From Bigelowiella natans CCMP2755 (Eukaryota > Protista > Cercozoa), in the NCBI GenBank assembly GCA_000320545.1, contig ADNK01003026.1:1-48971 (forward strand): a DNA stretch of 48,971 nucleotides. The letters are read 5' to 3'. Below the pieces are notes generated by a model. The model saw only the letters and a program-made list of their open reading frames with translations, was not told where the DNA came from and ran no database searches. Position numbers and translations under genes: made by a program. Of this stretch, positions 38,547 through 48,971 are shown in pieces; the first letter of the stretch is position 1, and every line of letters starts with the position of its first letter.

Positions 38547-39383
38547 CACCATCATCGTATAGGCCTATTGAGAAAGCAGACTGTTGTTGTTGTTGTAGTA
38601 GTTATCGATATTGATTACTCGTCGGACTACTATCCATTCTATTTTGTACTAGATCATCTACGATAATATCTACGAAGATGACTGTTGATGCCGTTTCTAC
38701 AATTGCATCTGCTAGATCTACATGTACGTACTACGCGCTGTTTACTACGATACTGACAGAGAGCGTTTCTGATTCTAGGAAGAGCGTTTCTGATAGAGCG
38801 TTTCTAGATTCCTAGTACTGCTCTTCCAGACGAGAACTGGCTTGGAAAATCTTGCATGATCAGACAATAATCTTACGGCGACAGACGACGTACGATGGCT
38901 GCTCCTTGCCCCCTACTACAACTTCTACTACTACTACTACTACTACTACTACCGTATTAGCAGATCTGATCAGATCAGTTGATGGTCGTCGCTGTCAAGT
39001 TGAGTCACCTGTAGGATTCTTCTCCAAGGTATTTATTAGCGTCCTCCTGTAGTATTTATGCTTCTCCAGTAGATCTATCAGCTGCAGTTGAACAGTTACT
39101 TAAATTATGATTCTGCTCTACGTTATATTGGTGTTGATATTCAGCGATTATACGAATAGAAGGGAAGAATAAAAGAGACAAGGAATGGCCCTGGCGCTCC
39201 CTAAAAAAGAGCATTTTCGCTGGTTGTGAAAATTGCCCGAGTGATTAGAAATAGCAGTTTTATATGTGATATGAATTACTTTTTATGTTTTGATAATCAA
39301 GGAGTTGAGGAGTTTAAACTGGACTTTAGCAGCATTCGTTATCATAAACCCCAGTATCAATCGCAGCAACATAACAAATTGTG

Positions 39384-41743
39384 ATGGGTTGCAGCGACTC
39401 TAGATATAAAGATGGGATCATTTCCCATCCCGGTGGATTATACGATGACAATTATGAGGCTCAAAACTATTCTGCCCACGACGGTGACGAGGAGGAAGGG
39501 GAGTCATCAGATACATTTGCTAACTCCTCCTCGTCGTCACTACATGATGAAGACACTTTCCCACCCGTAGAACCTTTTGAAGAAAGGGAGCAACTTGTGG
39601 AAGAGGAGGGGGATGACGATGATACCACTATTGTTTTCCATCATCATCATGAGGAAGACGCCCAACAACAACCAAAAAAACAACAACCACAACGACAACA
39701 GCAGGAACTTCACATACCAGCTGATGAAACAACGCAGGGAAAGAAGAGAGTCAGAAACGTGAATGTCCATCAAGATATTGTCAACAAAAAGATTCTCGAC
39801 GACACCAAAAAGCAGGCAGCAGCAGTAGTAGTAGCATCTGCATCATCAGCAGCATCAGTATATAAGAAGAAGAGAGAGGTCTCCAAGAAAAATCCAACGA
39901 TTAGAGAAAAGAATAATTGTTATATTGACGGAAAAGACAGTAATAATAGAGGTGACAAAATGGCCATGCAGGAAGCAGCATCTCCCTCCCCCCCAACCAA
40001 GCACACTACTTCTACTATGCAAGGAATCTTCAGATCGATGGGAAGAGTAGCTGGAGGGAAGTAATAAATTAGCTTCTGAATTCATCCACTCCGTCCTACT
40101 TCTTATTTTTGAATAATGATGCAAATACTTTTCCTTCAATCTGCTATTTTGCCTTCATACCTAGCACCGCTGCTGCTGCCCCTAGTTATTATTTATGTCG
40201 TAGTTTTTCATTCATCATGATCATGATCATCTTGTTATTCTATCTATACTTAGATGGTCAGAACCCATAGCAAGTAGCTATATGGTTCGTTCGGCAAATT
40301 ACATGAAAAAAAAGGTGATATTAATTATTATCTAAAACAAAGACATAAGAACGTGGCAAATGCAAGAAGAAAATTTCACACTTAATTCTTCTGATTCTTG
40401 TTATAATTTGACTTTTTTTGCCTTGATTACACTCTCTGGATAACAACTCTTACCTAATGAATGCTTGGTCCTCTTTCGCACATAATATTTTTAATATCTA
40501 GAAAAAGATTGAATCCGGGAAAATGCTATTCCGACTCGTTCATACAGAGATAGTGAAGGTCTGCTATTTGTACTGATTTGCTATTTCTCAACTTCTCTCA
40601 TAATTTTATATTTTCCCTCCCCTCACATCTCCCCCCTCTGCGCACTCTCTTCCTCCCTCTCTTTGTGTAGTCATAATGCATATGTCTATCTCTTTATTCT
40701 TGTCCTGTAGTCTCGCAAGGGGTGTATATCATCAGCATCCCAAACACCAGGAACGTGGTACAGCAATCATAAGGTTGGTAAGTAGTAACAGCAAGAATAA
40801 CAAGATAAAGAAGAAGTGTAGTAGATGTTGTAGAATCAATTCACAAGATCTTTTCTTATTTCTGGCTACATGCATCCGTTCTCATGCGCATATTTATGTT
40901 TGATTATTTCATTATCTTCACGCACTCTAATGTTTCTCCATTCTCGCAACGAAAAGGAACTCATTCCGGGGGATTCTTTCTTGCTAGTGCTAAACTTACA
41001 AGTAGTAGTTCCAACTATAAATAAAGTTTTAATACGAAATATCATTCAATTGCTATCTGCACGCCTCGCGAAGAATAGAACTTTTAAGCGCTTTTAAAGA
41101 ATACAATATGTTGTCAGCTGATTCACTCCATGTGCTTTGTGACTAATTTTTGATGATCTTGGTATTAACTCATTGGTACAACACAAATACTCATCAGCTA
41201 CGAAGTTTGGCAACAAATGTGATTTCGTATCATCTCATGGATGATGATCATCATGCCAAAGAGTACGTACCAATATAAACAATATCAGTTCTTCTATTTT
41301 TATTGTTATCAAAATATGTTGTCTTTCTCTATCGTAGGTGTGTGTGTGTGTGTAACCACCTCGTGTAATCATATTTTCTTATTTTTTATTGTTGGTCATC
41401 GGCGCTTGTTCTTCATCGCTTCAATATTCCTTTTGATAAGGAATAATCTTTATGCAATTACTTTAAAACAACAACGGGTATCAATTCTTTGCTCACCTTC
41501 CTCGCAGACTGAAGAGTGGCAACCCGAGTGCAAGGCTATTGCGCAAACTACTTTCGGTGATGATGATGATGATGATGATGAAGATGATGATGACATACAA
41601 ATATGATCTTCTACCGATGTTTTCCTGATGTTAACACCCATTTTTGTCTGATAGTCATCATCATCCTCATCCTCATGATATTTCACATTTTTCTTCTTGA
41701 GTCTGCTCATAGATCTGATCTATGATCAGAATTTGCGCATCTG

Positions 41744-41819
<76 letters not shown>

Positions 41820-42805
41820 AACACGCCGCTGCGTTCTTATTTCTTCCATTTTTCTCTCTTTCTTTTGGCATTCACCACAATATTTATAGCCCGACACAAG
41901 GGATGTATGGCGTGATTCAAGGATAAAAGTAGTAGTACTTTACGCTCACATCGCTTAAAGAATATTAGTAGAGAAGATTCGATTGAAGAGAGTATGGCCA
42001 TTGAATATACCAATACGTACACCTTTTACTAGTACTTTCAACTACCATTTCTCTCTTGATACTCCAAAAGGAGTAAACAACAGATGTGCATGTTTGATTT
42101 CAAAGCAAAGACTCTACATACTTCCTGTACGATGAACTTACTTCTCTGATTTCGTCTCTGCGAATATTCATTATCATATGTTTGATAAATTGTCAAAATT
42201 TCAATGTATATTAAAATATTCATTGATATGCAGATGATTCCACGCATTATAGAAGCTCCATTCGTTGTTCGGTAGTATATCTACTATTACTACTATAACT
42301 ACTTCTTCTTCTTCTACTACTACTACTACTACTATTAATCTACTATAATCAACTAGTAATATATTCTACCACTAATTTATAACTATTGGTATATAGCTCA
42401 TAAATCGGTAGTACCATTTCAAGAGATGATAGTCTATGTGGCCAGTGAATATATGATGGTGTTATGGGGTTACGTGCAAACACACACACAATATATATTA
42501 CATATAAATCATATATAATATAGGATGGCAGTGTCCTCCCGCCCTGTAATTATCGGACGTAAAGTCTCTTGCAAGGTGAGTGATACTTAATCAGGAGTAT
42601 TTGTTGTACTGGTGATGAGATTTTGTTGTTCGTCATTCCTTATCATCAAAATAGAATCTAGTCAAATGGTGAAAAAAGAAATATGTCATCTGAGATCATT
42701 TTTTCTATTTTGCACATTATCATCGTGATAGTACCACATGTCGGGCAAATATGCGGAGATAAAGTGTAATTTGGATTCATCATCTGTTGCTGCAGCGGTA
42801 ATATG

Positions 42806-42850
<45 letters not shown>

Positions 42851-43212
42851 TTTATTCCACCATCGGAGCCATTACGTTATTATTTTCTTTGTTTGATTTA
42901 GGCAATAAAGCTTGCGCACAAATGGTCTACTAAGATCGTGTGCGAGCTGGTAGCAACAACAACATCGAAAAACAGCAACCACTCAATACATCTCTAATGT
43001 GTGCTCCTTTCATTCAATTACTCACGCATATGCACATACGCACGCAGAGAAAGATACGAAGGGGGGGAGGGGGGATACAGAGAGGAAGAGGGGAATATCG
43101 TACTGTATTCCCTCATTTTTGTTCTTGATGACCAGGTATGGCTATTAGAAGGGCAAAATATCAAAGAGCTTCCAGAGCAACTATTGGCGGGTGATATCAT
43201 CGTTAACTATTG

Positions 43213-43248
<36 letters not shown>

Positions 43249-43542
43249 CTCATATTCCATTAAATTATATTATTTATATAGAAAGTAGAGGGGGGGTGCA
43301 GAGAAAGAAAGCTGTGCGGAATATACTATAAATCGCGAAACTGAACTCTACTAAATTAATTTGAATGTGTGTGCGTGTAGGTGTGTGCGTGTGTGCGTGT
43401 GTTTGTGTCTTGGGAAGTGACAATCATGATAATCATCATCATCATAATCATCATCATCATCATCATGATTTCTACCACCACCCATCACCGCTGATCAGGT
43501 ATCCGATTAGATCGTATTGCCTTCAATCTGGTAAGTAAGTAA
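39384..43542 (+). CDS. EDR2 C-terminal (DUF1336) domain protein with an MGC N-terminal acylation motif and acidic disordered N-terminus, multi-exon
   Basis: MGCSDS.. start. Spliced exons: WSEPIASSYMVRSANYMKKK|KKIESGKMLFRLV..|..FLLVLNLQ|..|ARLLRKLLS|PDTRDVWRDSRIK|MIPRIIEAPFVVR|MAVSSRPVIIGRKV..|YHMSGKYAEIKCNLDSSSVAAA|..IVCEL|VWLLEGQNIKELPEQLLAG|IRLDRI, matching the DUF1336 pattern. Stop is either TAA at 43540-43542 or, after one more intron, TGA at 43616-43618. Confidence 0.88.
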
Positions 43543-43733
43543 GTAAGTACGAGTGTACACGATAGGGAATCTGTTACTAGATCAGCCAAGGAAGACCTAC
43601 TGTACTCATTGTCCTTGAAGCTGTGTCGCTTTCTACCCTCTCTTCCATTATCGTTTTAATCAGTTTTAAAGGATGGATGTGTCAATGTTGTTTGTGTTGG
43701 TTTTGATAACACTATGTTGGTATCTGTGTTCAT

Positions 43734-43771
<38 letters not shown>

Positions 43772-44769
43772 CGTCTGTTGTTGCGACTGATTCAAGGCTA
43801 GAAAGTTATGCCCCACTGCTAAAGTTATGGATGTGCCAGAGGTTAATTCATGTTCGTTGTACTCTTCCTTTTTCTTCCTCTTCTTACATTTTGTAGCATC
43901 TACATCATGAAACATGCATTCTGGGTCTCTGCAATAGACACCACTTCAGAGAATGATGACATTGTGAGAAGCACACAGCTGCTCATTTTTTTTCACCAAA
44001 ACATCTTCTGGAGAGGTTTGTAGCCATCCCCGTGATCGTCACAATCACACTTACCATGAGCATCACTCATGATGGATATCATCAGCACCGTTCGGCGAGC
44101 AGAAGTGGACGTGCAAATGCTGGCACCTCTCCTTCTTCACAACACTTGTCATCGTCGTCTTCAAGCCGCCGCCGCCCATTCTCTGCCGCTGATGGGACCA
44201 AAAGTGGCAGTGGTAACAGCAGCAGCAGCAGCCGCCGCAAGAGCATTGCTCAATAGAACGTTTACAACAATTGGTCAAAGTGAAGCACAAGCAGAACATC
44301 AGAGAGGGTGCACTTCTCTGGATGAACTGATGATGGTGGCACTGCTAGACTGCGCTACTGCACGTAAGCGTGTGGAGCAATCATCAAATTCACATTCATT
44401 CTGAAGTCACTTTTGCCATCATTGTCACATCTTGCAAATGTGGGACCAACTCGCCCAGAATTTTGCGCAGGAATGATCATAATGACTGCAAGACCAAGTG
44501 AATGTTGCAACGAAATCAAGACAAAGTTAACGATAGGATGTTGGGATGCGGCGTCCAAGTGATCTAGCAATATGTGGATAGCATTGAGTGAGTCATGCAT
44601 CCTTCTTTGCTAGTTTGTCAAGCTGCCACCCATGCATGCTGGCATGCCATCTAGCCAAATAGCCATGCATCGCAGGTGTACTGCATGGCCTTCGCTTGGG
44701 CAGCACAGAGCGCAATAACTGTGGGCATGCTTGTTGATCATTGCGTGTTGCCGATGGATCAATGGTGTG

Positions 44770-45391
44770 ACCGTACATGTGGGTGTACGTACGTATGCGA
44801 CATGTCTAAATGTCACATTCAACACAAATATCGTAAGCTGTGCTGTCCATAATAGATATATAATGTATTGCATGTCTATCATGTCCGTGGCGGCACATGG
44901 GTGTACGTACGCATGTATTATAGACATGTAATACCATATATATATATATACTATATATTTGATATTCGCAAAGCTGCGCGCAAAGCACGACATGCTAGAC
45001 CAAATCATGATGCATTTTGATGCATGCAACATGTGACCAAGGAAACAAACAGACACAATTTAAGCGCTGTAGCCGCTGCATTGCACAGCTACATTAGGAT
45101 GACCATTGAAAAATTTAAACATTTCATTACATCCGTCTCATATATGATACAGTATTACTGTGTCTATTATAAGTTATAGACATGTAATACCATATATATA
45201 CTATGTATATGATATTACTATGTCTATTACATGTGATGATGATGTCTAGAATGTCATGTCATGCAAACACAAAAATCGTAAGCTGTGCTGTCCGTGGCGG
45301 CACATGGGTGTATGCATGTAATAATAATGTCTAGAATGTCATATCATGCATGCAAACACAAAAATCGTAAAGCTGTGCTGTCCGTGGCGGC
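44770..45391 (+). repeat. Modular patchwork repeat that includes the third copy of the roughly 110-bp dispersed repeat (45042-45141)
   Basis: AACACAAAWATCGTAAGCTGTGCTGTCC three times (about 44821, 45266, 45355); TGTCCGTGGCGGC three times; TTATAGACATGTAATACCATATATATA twice (about 44918 and 45174). Confidence 0.85.
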
Positions 45392-45640
45392 GGATAAACG
45401 CGGCATCATCATTACAAACCTGCAATTGTGCGCAACACCAGCGCAGTTTGACAGGTGTGTGATGTGTAAGTAATATCACACACGACAGCAATGTAACTTC
45501 GCACAGTGTTAGGCTTCGCTCCACGTACGGACACGCAACATAATATATTACAGTCTACATATTGCTCTACTAAATTTTCAGTCATGGCAGTGTGTCGGAG
45601 TATTTGTAATCGAAGGGTTTGCTACTTCCTGTACGAGTTT

Positions 45641-46783
45641 TCAGGAAATAACACACGGGACATCACATGTTTCACATTGCTGGTTGTCGATGTAGCCTTC
45701 AAATTGAAAGTACTGTTTCGGAGTCTTGGAAGCTATAGTATGTACTACTTTAGTTCCTATTCCATGCACCCTCTGGCGATTTCTACTGCTAAGTTTGTAA
45801 CCCACTTTGCCAAAAGACTTCGGCTGCTGCTGCTTATAATTTGGATTACAAATATCACTTTTACTACTGTTACTATTACTATTGTTACTATTGCTATTAT
45901 TATTGGGTAACACATACTGACAATTGTGGATGGACTTGTTGTCATACTTTGACGACCTAGTTGTGGAATTATCATGGCGGTTCCTTCCTTTGTTTGCGGA
46001 TCTATTCTTCTTCTTATTGTTGCTCTTGTTCTTATTCGATGATTGTAGCAGGACGCTTATGTTTTCCTTTGGGGGAAGCAATAGCTCAAACTCAAAGGGG
46101 CAGGATTCTTCATCTATTTGGTCAACAGTCGTTATCTTGTTAATTTCATCCCAGTCATCGTGGTTACTACAATGTTTTCCTCCCCCTCCTCCTCCTCGTT
46201 CCTGGTCATCCTCGTTCTCCAAAATATTGATAATGCTATCAACGTACTCGACAGAGGACATCCTAACCCTAGATTCTTTCTTTTTCCCTCCGTGTACTTC
46301 TGTTTCTTCTGTTCTTTTGGACCCATCATCTTCAGACTGTTGATCGCCTTGGTACAACTCCTTCTCTTCTCTTTCCAGGACTTTTATTATCTCGTCCACG
46401 TACATGCTGGACGCTGACATAGATGCTGCTATCTTTCGAGCTTTTCGAATCGCTTCGTTCAATCTTGATGATTCCTCTTTATTGCCCTTAACACCGCTGT
46501 CTAGTGCTGAAAAACTCTTATCTATTGACGATGCATCACCAATCATTTTCTCTGGTTTAGATGGCGTTTCTATGTTGAGGAGTCCATTCCCATTCTCGTC
46601 GTTTCTACCGCCTCTGCTGTTATCCACTTTGGGGGGGGGGCCTTTGGAAGATGATGATGCATTGTCTTCGCTGTATTCTGCTGCCGAATTAGCTTCAGCA
46701 CTTATTTTCTTGGGGGGTGTCCCTGTCGAGATTAATGGTGGCAATGGAAACGGAACAACGCTGATTGGAGGCTTGTGCATCAT
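45641..46783 (-). CDS. Large exon(s) of a hypothetical low-complexity, disordered protein; gene limits unresolved
   Basis: 380-codon ORF with protein-like S/E/D/K/N-rich composition and an internal repeat (SMYVDEIIKVLERE / SVEYVDSIINILENE). Candidate upstream exons to about 47096; the 3' part of the ORF probably reads through introns. No recognisable domain. Confidence 0.55.
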   Translation of the reverse strand: MMHKPPISVVPFPLPPLISTGTPPKKISAEANSAAEYSEDNASSSSKGPPPKVDNSRGGRNDENGNGLLNIETPSKPEKMIGDASSIDKSFSALDSGVKGNKEESSRLNEAIRKARKIAASMSASSMYVDEIIKVLEREEKELYQGDQQSEDDGSKRTEETEVHGGKKKESRVRMSSVEYVDSIINILENEDDQERGGGGGGKHCSNHDDWDEINKITTVDQIDEESCPFEFELLLPPKENISVLLQSSNKNKSNNKKKNRSANKGRNRHDNSTTRSSKYDNKSIHNCQYVLPNNNSNSNNSNSNSSKSDICNPNYKQQQPKSFGKVGYKLSSRNRQRVHGIGTKVVHTIASKTPKQYFQFEGYIDNQQCETCDVPCVIS

Positions 46784-47799
46784 CTGCGCATGCCTGTCCC
46801 CGTTACTACTCTTAACACTTGGCAGGGGATTGATTTTGCCTATTTATATATTTACGATTGGACATAAGAAGATTGCATTTGTCACGTAGTAATAGTATAT
46901 GAACACGTACCTGTAGGACAACCTGAAGAGGGTAATGAGTGGGGTGATACTGCAGCAGCAATTGTTCCTGCCTGCGTGTAAGAAGAAGGAAAATGAACAA
47001 CAATCGCAACGGGGCAAGGATTCCAATAAAAGCAAGGTTACGGTTTGATTCTAATTGTACCCTCGAAGAACTCAAACGAGATTCTGAATCTTGCATCTGT
47101 TGACAGACAAGTATGTGACGGCATGTGGTATTTTTCAGAAAGACATTTTTAATGCCATTAGAACAGCTTGTTCCAACAAAACTACTTTGATTTGTTTATA
47201 TGTCGCACCTTCATCCAACAACAAGGTGCAAGTAAACAACAATCCGAACGTCCTGTGTGTAAAGGAAAGATGCCACCTCCTCTTCCTATCGAAGTACTGC
47301 TACTATTCGTTTCGAATGATGATTTCAAGTACAGCTCGTAGTCCGGCAACACTATCAAGTATATCTGGACAAATGGATGCGATTGATGATATTAATTGGG
47401 AATAATGGAATGTCGCAGAGAAGATTAGCGTATTTTAAGCTTGGGTAGTTTTATTAGGTATGAGAAATCTCGACGGAACATTTAGACTATTCATATCATA
47501 TGTTCATACGACAAGAACATGATCATGTCTTTCTCTAAATAACTCTGTCATTTTCCTCCAATAATGGATCTGTTTAAAGAGCTTCTCCTGTACATATTCT
47601 CTTGCAAGGAAGATCATCGAAGGACTTACTAGTTTGACATTGAATTGGTGTCGCAAGAGGATTTTGCAAGAAGTTTCAGAAATAGCGACGACAATCGATA
47701 TACTATTAAAAGAAATGAATTATTTGTATGTCGCAGCACTTAAATAGATGTAGTTTATAAGGTACAATGGAAGGATAAGCTGTGGAGAAATTAGACCTA

Positions 47800-47897
47800 C
47801 TGATCTGATCATGCATTAAATGCCTTCATCATCATCATCATCGTCATGCTGATCTGATCATGCATTAAATGCCTTCATCATCATCGTCATCGTCATC
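47800..47897 (+). repeat. 49-bp tandem duplication
   Basis: CTGATCTGATCATGCATTAAATGCCTTCATCATCATC.. begins at 47800 and again at 47849. Confidence 0.9.
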
Positions 47898-48710
47898 ATG
47901 ATGATGAGGACGTCGACGCACATGATAGCCGTTCGCTCCAGCTGGAGAAGGATTCGGAGCATGGCGCGGGGGATGAAATGGTCGTCCCGTGACCGTGACC
48001 ACTTTGGGGAGCATTGGTGGACTGATTGGCTAAACAAGCTGAGAATCAAGCACGTACGTATTGAAATAAAGTTTCAAAATGTGAGCCCGGAACTCGCTCT
48101 AATGTATTCTTCTGGCGTTCAGTATCTTTGGGAGAATCCTGGAGTATGGGATGATCAGATTGTGGGAACGAATATGAAAAGTACAGTAGATTCTCCTTCG
48201 TGGCACGAGAGAGCACAAAACAAGGTGGTTGTCGCCTGTTATTACTTATGTGCCGAAGAATAAGATGTGTGCAATGTCATTAAATTGATGCGCAGAAAGA
48301 CACTGTTGACTTGTTCTATCACCGAATCATCTTGAGGTATTATTATTATTTCCTTGGAACAACAGATAAAGTATTGGCTGGGATTGAGAAACCAGACAGT
48401 AAGAAACACTTACTTACTTAGAATCAACATAGCTAGATCAATCGTCAATTATCACCAACGCTTATGATATGCTTTGCAGATATTTGATGTAGAATTCGAG
48501 GATTGGCATGGAATATACAGTTCCAGAATAACCCTCGAAAATGATTATAGTAAAAACACTTGAGTTATATAGTACGAGAGCATGCATGACTGCATGTCAT
48601 CGAGGAGGGTTTGGATTATTTGCACTATACCAAAATAGTTTCACTATATAATCATTATAACAAAAAAGTAGTGCGTATGATGGCTCACTCACCACCCTCT
48701 ATGTGCATAA

Positions 48711-48807
<97 letters not shown>

Positions 48808-48930
48808 CGCGCGTTTGCATGCGCTCAATGGCGAAAACGAAAAAAAAAGCTTCCTAAAGGGATTTGAGGAGGGCTCTTCCTACGCTGTCACTATTTCACT
48901 GGCGCGCACGGGCTTGCACTGGAGGGTTAA
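47898..48930 (+). CDS. Hypothetical Trp-rich protein, multi-exon, probably continuing beyond the window
   Basis: Exon-like segments bounded by AG/GT: ..[29 protein letters not shown]|[34 protein letters not shown]|..|[23 protein letters not shown]|..[22 protein letters not shown]. Family not recognised. Confidence 0.45.
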
Positions 48931-48971
48931 CGCGTCATAATCATAAATACTGATATTAGAGTGATACGTTG

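Noticed and set aside
45924-46889. Plus-strand ORFs of 139 and 161 aa (likewise minus-strand 28644-29204 and plus-strand 34674-35261)
   Set aside because: Antisense shadows of exons on the opposite strand.
48120-48230. CACTA/Plavaka transposase similarity suggested by VDSPSW
   Set aside because: A single short motif; no catalytic DDE-region motifs or terminal repeats were seen.

Overview
Left end of a eukaryotic chromosome: a (TAACCC)n telomere followed almost at once by intron-rich genes whose introns are full of microsatellites. A signal-plus-transit-like leader on the first gene hints at a secondary-plastid alga such as a chlorarachniophyte, but this is inference. Genes rebuilt by hand from exons: flavin-containing monooxygenase (-), spliceosomal WD40 protein SMU1 (+), a large PH / tandem class III cyclase / STAND NTPase soluble-adenylyl-cyclase-like gene (+), a SUFU-domain protein (-), a PEBP-family protein (-), an N-acylated EDR2_C/DUF1336 protein (+), and two hypothetical genes. 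The most striking non-genic signal is five 0.7-1.6 kb islands, each just 3' of a gene, where TpA is almost absent, TpG/CpA are abundant and CpG is retained. Duplicated sequences in and near them differ largely by TA<->TG/CA, which points to a localized A-to-G hypermutation process (the reverse of fungal RIP). A second signal is introns whose 5' and 3' microsatellites are reverse-complementary. All exon boundaries and counts were done by eye.
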